The notes under the pieces were generated by a model. It made no database searches and was not told where the DNA came from. It saw only the letters and a list, made by a program, of their open reading frames with translations. From Squalus acanthias (lineage: Eukaryota), in assembly GCA_030390025.1 (NCBI GenBank), contig CM059434.1, positions 43,648,001 to 43,712,000 on the forward strand: 64,000 nucleotides of DNA. Reading direction: 5' to 3'. Positions 11,641-24,891 of this stretch are shown piece after piece. A program made the position numbers and the translations under genes. Each line of letters starts with the position of its first letter. Position 1 is the first letter of the stretch.

Positions 11641-13249
11641 CCCCACTCACCCTGTTCTGAATAGTGTCACTGTAGATAATTTCACTTTCTTACACAGTTC
11701 CCAGCATTAGCACTTGATTTGGCTGAAATTAATATTCAACCAGCAAATGTCATACTACAGTTGCATGTGTTGTAAGTAAGACCTGCGACTGCTCAACCAA
11801 TTTTCACAATATGCAACCTACACAATTACTTTTGCTGCTAAACACAAACTTAACAATTTACAATATTTCTATTCCCTTAGTAACAGGCAGCACAATACTT
11901 TAGCTTTTTTTTCTGCAAATTCTAAATGATTTGTCACTAAAAGCAATTTGTGAAAACAAAGATTCAATGCATTTATGATGACACGATTGCACTGTAAGTT
12001 TCTTATTTTGAAGAAAATGCGCATAAAAGTTAGGCACAAACTTATATAGTTAAGTGGCTACCGTATGTTTCATTTTATCATTAAAGCCTTCCTTTCTGAG
12101 GAGACTGCCAAGTGAAAAATGTTGAAAGCATTAATTTAAGGATGTAAAGGCTTAACCCTACTATACACTAACAATTCTCCTGGGGACAACTTCTTGCAGA
12201 GCACAGTAGCAAGCAAAAGAGAAAAAAATGAAAAGCGATGTGGAATTTTCTGTTGCAATTCTGACTCTGCAGTTCCTTCCTCTTGAACATTTACAATGGT
12301 CTGATGTGGTGGTATTAAGTTTTCAACACAGTTTCTACACTTTCTCATGCAAGCCCTCCAATCATTGTTAGATTTTATTATTGTAGCCACTTACTGCTCC
12401 TCGGGCTGTGAATTTTTTACAAAGTAAAATAGGGTTTCCGAGTACTACTTATCTCATTTAATCTAAACAGCTTGAAATGGAGACTTTCTTGTTTTGAGGA
12501 GAGACACAATGTAACAAATCTTGTTTTTTGCTATATTACTCAGGATATTACTGCAATAAAGTAGTTATAGTGATTATAAACATACTGATTATAATTAAGA
12601 ACAGTTGGTGCTTTCTGACAAGGCCTTGGTCAGAGCATTGCTAAAGACAGGCCCGATGTTGCCACTCAATCTACCAGCAGTTTAGAACTGACAGACACAC
12701 CACTGCTGCCAACAGTAGAATTGCCCTTGATTTTATATACAACTTACAAACACTGTCCATAGATATATAATATAAAATGGTGATAGAAGAGTTCCCCCAT
12801 CTTATAAAAGTACAGCAGGTAGAGCCGCTTGCTTGAAAATGGTCGGAGAGATATTGTATGAAGGGGGATTAATTTCCAACAGATTGTTTCACTGTGGAGG
12901 AAATGGAACATCAACAAATAATTTAACAAGAAACAGATTTTGTGGAACAATTGTTGTGGTAAATTTTTTTTTCCTTTCATGAATATCAAAGATGGAATCA
13001 GCTTCATTCGGAAGGACCATAGATCTTTTTCCTATTATTTATGATTACTGTGCTTTGGTCTTGCTTTGGGGTCTTTTATGATTTCACACAGGGAACCATA
13101 TTCCTCTTTATGCGTAAGAGCGCTAACAAGTAGAAAGAGGCTTTTAAATCTTTTTGGAATGGCAGCTCTGTTCGGTGACATTTCAACAACGCATCCTTTT
13201 AATCTCAGATCTCAAACAAGAAAAAACTTTTCATCTAAGAGGTGATCGC

Positions 13250-13660
13250 CAACTGTTGCCACATCACCACCCTCCCGTTCCTTTCTAAGATCCTCAAATG
13301 TGTCCTTGCTGACCTACATTAAGTCATCATCCTCCAATACATCCTCACCCTCAACTTTAAATTCCTCCTTGGCATCGTCCCAACCCCTCTCTGTCACCTC
13401 CTCCAGCTCTACGTCAATCTCACTTTTCTTCTCCCCTGCATCTTCACTGTGTTGAAATGAAGACTCACAGGAGTGTCTCTTCCTTCTAGCTCATTCTTTT
13501 GCAGGAACTTAAAACTGTAGAACCCCCCTATCCCCCACCTGCAATCTACAGGCTCTTAAAACCCACATTTGGTGTCACCTAATCATTGCTTCCTGATTTA
13601 CCTCATCTTCCATACTATTCTTTTCAAGCTTGTGGGATGTCCTCTACTATGGGCCTTAGG
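13250..13660 (+). mobile_element. Highly degenerate L2-like LINE fragments
   Basis: Pyrimidine-rich sequence resembling L2 ORF2/3' end (ccttcctttctaagatcctc...; ctctgtcacctcctccagc). Confidence 0.45.
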
Positions 13661-15380
13661 TTTCACATTTGAAAAAATACCCTGGCCCTATGGAATGCGC
13701 ACAGATTGCTGCTTCTTTTATATCTGAGAAATGGACAGGGGATCACACTGGCACATCAAGAGAGTGAACTGAGGGACAAAGAGTATGATCTGAATTCCTG
13801 TCCCCGGTCATCTTATAAATAGGTTTCCTTGCTTTCCTCCCTCCCACCCCCCCACCATCAGTTGATATAACTGGGAATGATTGTAACTAACTTTTTAACT
13901 CACTCCACTATTCTCCACATTGTGCTATTTTTAATCTAAACAGAACTGCTGTGTGTCATATCTGCACCGCTATTTTGGAGCATGCATTGGTCACCATCAC
14001 AGTTCCTTCGCGCCATAAAGAACTTCTGCAGTAGTCTGCCCGTGAGGTCCGAGGCTGGTGCCAAAAATATTCTTCCCTCTTAGAATGTGAAAATGATTTG
14101 AGTTTTTCACATCGTATATTCTACCTGACAGCACATCAGAAAAGATCCACCTTCCTTGCTTTGAACCTCCACTGTTATGTCCAAAGAGAATCAAAAAATA
14201 TTCGGTAATGAGGTAGCTCAGTCCTGCACTAGCTTCCTAAATTGCCAGTTATAGGTTCAACGATCAGGGCTGCACGTCACTCAAACCTGCCCGACACATC
14301 TGGATTGCATTTTCAGTAGTTCTTTTTGAGCCTTTAGGTGGTGCCTGATTTGCCTCAGGGTAGGGGAGAGGGGATGAAAACATCACTCGTCCTGCCACCC
14401 ACCCAGTTCTGTATCACTTCTAACTTCCTTAAATATAAACTGAAAAAGTAGACTTACTTTAATTCAAATCAGATTTAAAAGAATTTACACTCTTTAAACG
14501 TTTTCACAGATGCTACTATAAAAAGAACCTTATATGATGCCAAATCCGTCTATTACTCAACATTTAAAATGTTATATAAGAGAAAACTAAAATTGTTAAA
14601 CTACGAATGATATCCAACACGCAAAAAGAGTGTCTTTGTAAGCTGCAGGTATACGGCACTGGTGGCCTGAAATTCATGTGGTACTGTTCCTTGGCCCAAA
14701 ATGTGAAGCCCCCTTTGTACCATCATGCCATCCTGTGTGAGTTTAAAAACCCATCAGTTACAAAAATTCCAGAAGCAAATGCCATCACTTGATGTAGTTG
14801 AAGCAGAAAAAGCTTTCCATTTGGATGACTGGGGATTTAATTGTGAGGAAGGAGCACACAGGCCAGTGCACACTCCCACTTGAACCACAATATATATGCC
14901 ACGGGTCTCCGGTCACAGAGGTGCGAGCCTTTTGCTGCTAAAGTGTGCAATATTTTTATTAATTGTTTGCATCCAAGTGTAACTCTCATCGGACATTAGT
15001 ATGGCTGAGGGTTCAGAAAAGTAAGACTCAGCAGACTATTTTTGACCCAACTTTTGAATGGAACCTTTGAGGCACCAGCTACGATGAGCTCCAGCTCATT
15101 CAACAGAAAAACTCCATTATTTATTTTTTTTTTTTAAAGCAGATATTGTGGTCCGGAACCTAGGTCTGAATCAAACCCAGATTTACTTAACAGCATAAAA
15201 GTCTCCTCTCACTCCCACTTGAAAATCATAATGAAGTATGGGCCCACAAACCTGTATACCATTCCATATAACAAGCAGTCTCACTCAGGGAGAACACAAA
15301 GATGGCTGGGGTGGGAAATGGAAATGCCACATTGTGCAGGTTAGGCTTAAGGCACTTTAGTGGACAGAGCACAGGGATCT

Positions 15381-15477
15381 TTATGTTGAATCTAGCCCAT
15401 GTTACAACTGACTTTATGCTGAATCTAGCCCATTATAACTGACTTTATGCTGAATCTAGCTCATATTATAACTTACT
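15381..15477. repeat. Three tandem copies of a roughly 32-bp unit (TTATGCTGAATCTAGCCCATATTATAACTGACT)
   Basis: Directly visible. Confidence 0.9.
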
Positions 15478-17736
15478 TGAGAGTGATTTATGTCAACATT
15501 GGATGAAAAAAGTGTTCTGTTCCCCAGGATTGACATCCTTCACCTCAACACATACAAAATATTTCAAAAAGGTTGAGACAAAAGAGAATAAAGTAAAAAT
15601 CTCATTAAATATATCAGCTCTATGGCTATAGTGGTGGAATGTGTAATGGTTTCTGATTGGGCTGTAGGATAGCTTGGTTTAAAAACTAGCCTTAATCACA
15701 ATTTAGTATCACTTGTTCTCCCTTTCCCCCCCAAACACACCAGTTGGAATATCAAAGCTTTCCATCTCCAATTATGCGGGGGGAGGGGGGTTGTGTCAGG
15801 ACCATTGGTAATACTTTCCATAGGAGCAAATCTGTTGATAAGAGGCGACAACTGAAAATGTTAAACTAACACCTTCTTTCAGATACTATACAACCTGCTG
15901 TGCATGTTCCACTTTTCTCTCAGCAAATCTTCTGTGGCCTGTTTGTGTACTGCCTTTAACAGGAGCACTCCCAACCCAAACCATTCAGTATCTTTAGCTC
16001 CGTGAGGGGAAAATGAGGAAAAAACAATACCTGCTCCTATAAAGTGTTCTTCACTAATTTTATTGCACTGGATGGCACCAAAACCTCAGCACATTACTGG
16101 TGATAGAGGAAATACCTTGTGAACCAATTGAGTTCTGAGAAATGCACACAACTGCTTTTGCTATGAAATATTCTGTTTGGATTAAGAATTCTATAAATTG
16201 TGAATTAAAATAGCAAACTGGCAAACCTGTGTCTCCTAATCCACTTCACCATTCATTCAGCAGCTCAGCCTAAACAAAACCGGCAAACAATGACCCATGT
16301 GCATACTTCACTAACTTAAGACGTCAGAATGGACTTTTAAAGTGCGCTAGAAAGCTGCAGAATATTTTGCACTTGTAGTGTGAATTTGTATTTCCTTGTT
16401 TAATAGATCAGGAGTTCTGTACAATTAGAGTGAATGGAAGTGGGTTTGGTCTGCTGGGATTGATCAGGAATTTGTTTATCTGATTCCAGTCTTCAAGCAG
16501 CTATTCAAAAAATGTATTAATTTTTGGCAAGCTCATAATTTGTGAAATTATTTAAAAAGCTAATTTTGTGAAGAACCCTTCCTTGAAAAGTAAGAAAATA
16601 AAGACAAAACTTGGACATAGCAAACATTTGAAACCAATTATTATCTGTATGTTTGAATGTAATCAAACAATATTTATCAGATTTTTAACACAGAGAATCT
16701 AAAGTTATTAGTTTCATATTTTCAGTGCAATCACAGTAGTTATTCACCATGAATGTATCCATATTTCTCCCACATCTATACTGCAATAAAAATCAGAGCT
16801 TAAAATTACATAATGGGATCCTAGCATACAAGGGCTTAACATGTTTATATGGAATTCCTTCCTCATTCACTTTAACAGAGATATCAAATGTTACTTTTAA
16901 AGCAGCAAAGGAAGTAATTTGATAGGAGTATTCATGCTCCAACATTCCACACCACCATTTCAAGGCACAGATCTATTATTCAGTAGAAATATGCAGAGAA
17001 TTCATTTTTGAGGCAGTCATATCACAGCCAATCTGCATGTTAAAGTAATTCACTACAGGTGCAGAAAGAGTTAACTTTCCCATGTGGTATGATCTCCTAT
17101 TTTGTGCCAAAATTACATTATTAATAAATGTTAGCAAATAAAATATTGAGATACACCATTTGATCATATAATAAATAACTAATTGAATAAAATGGATTGA
17201 CATATATTTCCAATAAATATTTCAAAATATAACATAAACCCGGAAATATATCAAGAGCAATAGAGGGATTTGAATACATAAATGAATGTATTCTTTATAT
17301 AAATCAGTTCGTACAATCAATGAGTTAAAAGTGAGAGCAGTAAATGGATATAGCTCAGTAAATATGTACCAAAAGATAAATAACCAAAACACTTCGTCAA
17401 AGTAGAAACGATTCACTATTAAAAAATTATAGAGCTAATTTTACATTTATAATTATAGTACAAATTGATATTTATGATGTTATATTTAACTCTCCATTTT
17501 ATGGATTATGCAATCATGACTCCCTGTTGCCATCCATTGGGACTGAGGTGGGGTGAGGGTGAGGGTGATGATCAATCAGTATTCGATTAAATCATATCAA
17601 TGTTGCACAAATGCCAATCAGCACTTCTCTGAGAGGAATAGCTCATTTCATTACAGAGCAAATTAAGGTGCTGAATGGGAGAAATATAAGAACTATACAT
17701 TAAATTATTAAAAGAGAGATATTATAAATTCCAAGC

Positions 17737-17915
17737 CAGCGGTGTCCAAACGGCAGCCTGGCAGACAGATCTGCCCGCTCCTCAATGTTAGCTGGCCCTT
17801 GGAGCTCTGCCTTTTGATCCTCTTCACTGATATAAACCACTGATTGGCCAGTGGGTTCATAGGGGATTTGGTTTTTAAATCACAGGCAATGCTTTGTCAG
17901 CTGGACACTACACTG
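17737..17915. mobile_element. Possible degenerate hAT-type non-autonomous element
   Basis: Ends CAGCGGTGTCCAA...CTGGACACTACACTG resemble hAT/Charlie TIRs; no TSD seen. Confidence 0.35.
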
Positions 17916-19108
17916 GACTAACATGTGGCTCCCCCTCCCCACAGTGCTGCCCTTCTCCTTCAGTTGCTATCTGTCTCAGCAGTCCACAATACTTGATTCT
18001 GCAACAAGAATATTTGGAATGAAAACCACTTTGCCTGTGACTGGATAATCCCAGTGCCTGGAGATTTGATTGGTTTTCTATGATCATTAATCATTCCCCA
18101 TTATAAGTGTTTCTGAATCTAAATACTATTTATAATACCAATCCCTTAATTCCCTTTTTTCTCTGCTTAGTAAACTGAGCAGCACTCTCACCTAAGGTTT
18201 CACCACACTGCCAGCTAGCTAAACTGGTGGCTTTTTGTTTAGCAGGACAAGAAATTCAGGTTGATCACAGTAAAAAAAAAACTTTAAAGCTGTTAAACAT
18301 AAAAAGTGAAATGTAGGCTTTATCACTGTACTAAAAATATATAGCTCCAAAGTTACTAAAAAAAACATTCTTCTCCTTGCTCTCATCAACTGTTTAAAGA
18401 GCTAGTGAACGGAGGACACTGTTCAATGTACAATAACCAGTTGATGTTGTTAACCCTGCAGTTGAGTTAAAATAGGATTCCAATTGCTCTTTGCCACTGG
18501 GAATTAGTTGGTTGGGGTGTGGAAGGGCACTGGAGAAAAGACAAGATCAAGGTATATAGATGTAATCAACATTTAAACTTATTTTGCGAAACTGAGATCT
18601 ATGACAAGTACTTTCCATTTTTTCTGCCACATTCTTCTCTCCCACAGCACAACACAAATAACATAATTTTGCCTGTAAAGTCATTCACACCTAACTGCCT
18701 CCTACTGGCTCCCAGATGTCACTCACAGCAAAATGAGATGTGAATGGCCAAGAAAAACATACACAAGTTACCTTGCTTGTCTCTATTATCTTGCTGGTTA
18801 GATTAATCCAAATCTTTATCACACTGGGTAAAAAAAGTTCTTCCTGATATCTGTTCTAAACTTATTTGGCACTAATTTCCATTTATGTTTTCTGATCCTT
18901 CTGTCTTGACTTACTTTGAAGAAATAAACTGTTTAATCTACACCATCTAATATTTTATATACTTTGATGGCGTTCCCCTTAAGCACCTTCTTTCCAGACT
19001 GTAAAGATTATGCTTCTCATTGCTCATTCCCTTTACACTTGCGATCGGTCTTCTTCCCCTTTACTTTCGGTTTTATTACCTTAATTCAGAAAAAATATAC
19101 ACATATAG

Positions 19109-21468
19109 TCATAGAATCATAGAATGGTTACAGCACGGAAGAAGGCCATTCGGCCCGTCGAGCCCGTGCCGGCTCTCTGCAAGAGCCCTTCAGCTAATCC
19201 CACTCCCCTGCCCTTTCCCCGTAGCCCTGCAAATTTCTTTCCTTCAAATACTTATCCAACTCCCTTTTGAATGCTGTGATTGAGTCTGCCTCCACCACCC
19301 TTTCAGGCAGTGCAGTCCAGATCTTAACCACTCGCTGTGTAAAAAGGTTTTTTCTTACGTCGTCTTTGGACCTTTTGCCAATCACCTTAAATCTGTGTCC
19401 TCTGGTTCTCGACCCAATAGGAACAGTTTCCCTCTATCTACTCTGTCCAGACCCCTCTATCAAATCTCCTCTCAATCTTCTCTGCTCCAAGGAGAACAAC
19501 CCCAGCTTCTCCAGTCTATCAACGTAACTGAAGTCCCTCATTCCTGGAATCATTCTCGTAAATCGTTTCTGCACCCTCTCTAAGGCCTTCACATCCTTCC
19601 TAAAGTGTGATGCCCAGAATTGGACACAGTACTCCAGTTGGGGCTGAACCAGTGTTTTATACAGGTTCATCATAATTTTCACACTTTTGTACTCGATACC
19701 TCTATTCATGAAGCCCAGGATCCCTTAAGCCTTTTTAACTGCTTTCTCAACCTGCCCTGCCACCTTCAACGATTTGTGCACACATATCCCCAGGTCTCTC
19801 TGTTCGTGCACCCCCTTCAGGATTGTACCATTTAGTTCATATGTCCTCTCCTCATTCTTTCTACCAAAATGCATCTCTTCGCACTTTTCTGCGTTAAATT
19901 TCATCTGCCACGTGTCTGCCCATTCCACCAGCCTGTCTATGTCTTCCTAAAGTCTATCACTCTCCTCCTGACTGTTCACTATACTTCCAAGTTTTGTGTC
20001 ATCTGCAAATTTTGAAATTGTGCCCTGTACTCCCACATCCAAGTCATTAATATATATCAAGAAAAGCAGTGGTCCTAGAACCGACCCCTGGGAAACACCA
20101 CTGTATACCTTCCTCCAGGCCAAAAAAACAACCGTTCACCACTACTCTCTGTTTCCTGTCACTTAGCCAATTCCATATCCAGGCTGCCACTGTCCCTTTT
20201 ATTCCATGGGCTTCAACTTTGCTGGCAAGCCTATTATGTGGCACTTTGTCGAACACCTTTTGGAAATCCATGTACACTACGTCAACTGCATTACCCTCAT
20301 CAACCCTCTCTGTTACCTCATCAAAGAACTCAATCAAGTTAGTTAAACACGATTTGCCTTTAACAAATCCGTGCTGGCTTTCCTTAATTAATCCACACTT
20401 GTCCAAGTGACTATTAATTTTGTCTCTGATTACTGTTTCTAAAAGCTACCCCACTACTGAGGTCAAACTGTCCGGCCTATAGTTGCTGGGTTCATCTTTA
20501 CATCCTTTTTTGAACAATGGTGTAACATTTGTAATTCTCCAGTCCTCTAGCACCACCCTCGTATCGAAGGAGGATTGGAATATTATGGCCAGTACCTCCG
20601 CTATTTCCGCCATCAATTCCCTCAGCATCCTAGGATGCATCCCAGGATGCATCCCATCCACTCCTGGTGACTTATCTACTTTAAGTACAGCCAGCCTTTC
20701 CAATACCTCTTCTTTTTCAATTTTTATCCTATCAAGTATCTCCACTACCTCCTCCTTTACTATGTCTGTAGCAGCATCCTCATCCTTGGTGAAGACAGAT
20801 GCAAAGTACTCATTTAGTACCTCAGCCATACCCTCTGCCTCCATGCATAGGTCTCCTTTTTGGTCCCTAATCGGCCCCACCCCTCCTCTTACTACCCTTT
20901 TACTATCTATATGCCTATAGAAGACTTTTGGATTACCTTTAATGTTGGCTGCCATTCTATTCTCATACCCTCTCTTTGCCCCTCTTATTTTCTTTTTCAC
21001 TTTTCCTCTGACCTTTCTATATATAACCTGATTCTCAGATGTATTTGCAACCTGACATCTGTCATGCACGCTCTTTTTCTGCTTCATCATATTCTCTATC
21101 TCTTTCATCATCCAGGGAGCCCTGACTTTTGTTGCCCTGCCTTTCCCCCTAGTGGGAATGTACCTCAACTGTATCTGCACTATTTCCTCTTTAAAGGCAG
21201 CCCATGTTCCATTACAGTTTTGCCTGCCAATCTTTGATTCCATTTACCCGGGCCAGATCCGTTCTCATCCCACTGAAATTGGCCTTCCCCCAGTTAAACA
21301 TTTTTACTCCAGATTGCTCCCCGTCCTTTTCCATAGCTAATCTAAACCTTATGATACTATGATCACTGTTCCCTAAATGTTCACCTACTTGCTCCACTTG
21401 ACCTACCTCGTTCCCCAGAATCAAATCCAGCAATGCCTCCTCCCTCGTCGGGCCGGAAACATACTGAT
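19109..21468 (-). mobile_element. 5'-truncated, relatively young CR1-clade LINE (about 2.36 kb) with disrupted ORF2
   Basis: End of the endonuclease domain LDLILGN...HLGNSDH; RT segments KSPGVDGMHP, WRITNVTPLFKKG, SQHGFVKGKSCLTNLIEFF and VVYMDFQKVFDKVPH; (ATTCTATG)n tail at 19109-19128; several frameshifts. Sits beside an older CR1 relic at about 18800-19060. Confidence 0.95.
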
Positions 21469-21929
21469 CATTCAGTTTTACCCTGTTTCTCCAAGGATTC
21501 AGTGGAGCTTATGGCAGACAATTGAGAGAACTCTCACTCAAATCCAACCCCATAGTACATACAGGAGAATATCTTGGCACTTTGAAAATGTTCGCATGGT
21601 TTTCAGTGTAGGTATATGGGATGGACAGAATATCTGCCTTGAGTGACAGCAACAGGGTGTCATTACTACTAAGTGCAAAGTGTGTATTAAAATTCTAAAT
21701 ATCTATTCATAAATGTGGGTTAATTAATTGATTTATTGCACTACTGAAAGTCATTTTCTAACAGTTATCTATTGCGATTCAATTCTAGCGCAGGTTTTGC
21801 TCCACACTGACTCCATAGAGCTATGCAGCGTAACAATAATGATTTATATAAGTTGGGCAGCGTACTGTCAAAGGAAAGTGTTAGAGGGTATCCATAGTGT
21901 TGCTTGAAACATTTTCTTCAGCTACTCAC

Positions 21930-22163
21930 CCAAGATTTTGCTGATGTTTGAGTTATGCATGTCTGGAAATGCCTGCAGTATCTTCCTGCGCTCGTCCTTT
22001 GCCCACACCATGAAAGCATTCATTGGTCGTTTGATATGCGGCTCATTGTTGCTGCGACCCCTGGTTTCTCTGTAAACCCGTGCCTCCGTCACCGTAGTGC
22101 TTCCTGTTGGCCAACAATAATACTGCTGTAGTTTAGCTGGAGACCCATTCATTGCCTTACTCC
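21930..22163 (-). CDS. SOX6: SOX6 coding exon (234 bp) with the N-terminal part of the HMG box: [18 protein letters not shown]...[37 protein letters not shown]
   Basis: Acceptor tttcAG|GG and donor TTGG|gtgagt; canonical SoxD HMG sequence, with the intron falling inside the box at the SoxD position. Confidence 0.96.
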
Positions 22164-23478
22164 CTGAAACACCGGAGCAGGAAGAAAAGAGAGCAACACA
22201 GTACATTCATTTCATTTAGCATGCACCGAGCATACAGGATAAATTGATTTCACTTTGCATGGGCTTGGAGAGCCGTGTTTATTGTGCGGTGAAATCTAGT
22301 GTAGCATTCAGCTGACAGTATCCATCAACACAGGGCAATCTGCTGACTGCTGGGCCAGATGAAGGCATCCATTACCCCAGCAGTGAAATGCTAGTTCAGA
22401 CATGACAGCTAGTGTCTGTTCCTCAGGATCAGTTCAGAAATTTATGATGCCCCCAGTGCCATTGCTTTCTGATTGACACTCTTTTAGCAGAATAAATATG
22501 CTTGTGTGCATACATAAATGTGCAAGCTTTATTCTTCCATATCATAATATGTTGAGTCATCAGGTTCCTGCCACCTTTAGGTAGATAAGCGCACTGTTCC
22601 TTGTGCAATGGGGCCCTCGGAGAGTGAACACTCAGATCTCTTTTGGCACCAAAACATTGTTCAGTGTATCAGGACTGAGTATTACTGACTGACAGTTTGA
22701 TGAGCTGGAGAAAGCTGCAAGTTCAGGTTCAGCTCAATGTGAAATTGCTGCATTCTTGACACTAATTCAAAAGGCTCTCTAATCTAATGAAGGTTCTCCT
22801 TCTGGTTTGTAAGCCTAACCATGTTTCACAAGCAAAGATTGCAATGCTAGGACAGCTTCCTTTAGCTAAGCTGGAATGAACATTTTTAAATATGCTTGAT
22901 TAAGAGCATGAGCCAATGAATGTAGGCCACCATTCTTGTAGCTCCTATCTTTCCACTCACGTCACACTGCCCCTCCCTCTGTGGGGTTGCTGGAGTGGGG
23001 GGCTTTTTGTATGGGCTTTTTTTAATATGCTTCTTGATAAGTGAATTGTAACACTTAAATATTTGCAATGCAAATGTATTTTCATTAAATATGTGCTCAC
23101 TATAAGAGGGTTCTGCTGTAATGTCTTTATATAACCTTGTGCTATAAAGCACTAAACAGGGATCAGCTTCTCAGCTATCAACTGGTTTCTGTCTTAGAAT
23201 TATATTGCCTTCATAATTCTAATTTCAAATCCATAATTTTTAAATGTAACAATTCAATATGTGATTATAATCCATCATTCAGTCTTCATCCATCACTGTG
23301 TTTAAAAGATTAACTGAATTCTATATATAAAAAAATATACAGCATGGAGAACATGAGACACAATGAATTCTGAAGACATCTCCAAGTAAATACTGCACTA
23401 AAGGGATAATTATATGAATTTGCGCTCCTCTCTTGGAGCCTCACCTGCTGGCAGACCATACCAGGAATGTCAGACACA

Positions 23479-24360
23479 TGGGGGGGGAATTTTGCCGGTG
23501 CTCAGGGGGCAGGTTTGGAGGTGGGACCGGTGGCAAAATTGCAAAGATTGACAGCGGGTCCCGAATCCGCTGTCAAGCCACCTCCAAACAATCTTCCCGG
23601 GTGTCAGGTTCCCGATTTGCGCATGGACCCGACACCTAGCAGCGGGAAGAGGATTCAAGCCACTTAACTACTTGTTAACAGGTTGTTAACAGGCAGTTAA
23701 GAGGCTTTTTCCAATTTTGACAGGTCTACTGTGGGCTTCCCGATGTCTGGACACCACGCCAGGGTACGTGTGGCGTGCTGTGGGTCTACTGTAATGTTTC
23801 TTCATTGATGACAGCTGCAGAAGTGGTGTGAAGGATCCAATGGTACACTGGTGAGTTTCAGAGGTAAGAAAATGTTGGGAAAATCATTTTTAATGTATTT
23901 AGACTTTTCTGTAGGTAACAAGTTTTGAAGTGTTTGTGTAGTCCCACCTCATTGGGAGAACCTCTCTCACCATTGACAGATCGCTTCTGTAACTTCACCT
24001 GCAGCTGCCATCTGTTCTAGCCTAAGGAAGGAGTCACTGGAGAGCCTGGGTGAAAGGGCTCACCTTTGTACAGTGATTGTCAGTTTTTGCAACACCTCAA
24101 TACTATCAAACACTGAAAAATCACCTGTCAAAAAAAATTGTGCGTGGCCCCTTTAAGAAAACCGGCAGATGACGTATCATCAATTGACATCATCTGACAC
24201 CGGCTTTCTCTTAATTGGCCGGCAAGCCTGCAGCGCGGGCTTAACAAGGCCAATTGAAGCAAAATAGCGTCTGTGCATCAGACGTCATTGGGGGCAGGAT
24301 CGGAACCCGGAAGGCAGCTGTCCCGCCCCCAAGCCGCATCGAAAGGTAAAATCCAGCCCA
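23479..24360. mobile_element. GC-rich non-autonomous DNA-transposon-like element (Harbinger-like termini)
   Basis: Imperfect TIRs TGGGGGGGGAATTTTGCC...GGTAAAATCCAGCCCA and CpG-rich subterminal blocks. Confidence 0.5.
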
Positions 24361-24727
24361 TGGTCCCCATCATTTTCCATCCTATGATTTTAATGGACAG
24401 AAAATCATGGGGAGCACATGCTCGAATTCCCAATATGCACTTCCAGCAGGTGAGGCTCCATGCCAGAATCACACACTCATAAAATTATCCCTTAAGGTTG
24501 CACTTAAAGACTATCGCAAACAAATATAACTTCAAGAGTCATGTTGCAGAAAAACTCAATAAAAATTTGTGAGTCCATTGCTCCCATTTTACTTTGAGCA
24601 ATTGTACACATAATGATGACAATGTGTTATGGAAGGAAGTGCCACTTAAAGTTGTGCATTGGAGAAATTACTAAGAACAATGCAGTTTAGAGCTGATCAA
24701 ACCACAATAATGTGTCAAGGAAGACAT

Positions 24728-24891
24728 GGGGGAATTGAATTTCCACAGGGATTCTCCCGATCGTCTGTTAAGTTGGGCAGAAAACCCCGGAGAAATGGTA
24801 TCGATGTTTATGTCATTTCTACAGTTGTCTGCAGATCTTCTGCTAAAATAACATCAAACATTCAGGAGAACCCCGGTGGCAATTCAACCCC
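24728..24891. mobile_element. Palindromic MITE-like element
   Basis: GGGGAATTGAATTTCCACAGGGATTCTCC...GGAGAACCCCGGTGGCAATTCAACCCC form long imperfect inverted arms. Confidence 0.7.

Noticed and set aside
19434-21433. Intact LINE ORF2 or host gene
   Set aside because: Split across frames by frameshifts, small deletions and a 12-bp duplication near 20626-20650; 5'-truncated within the endonuclease domain.
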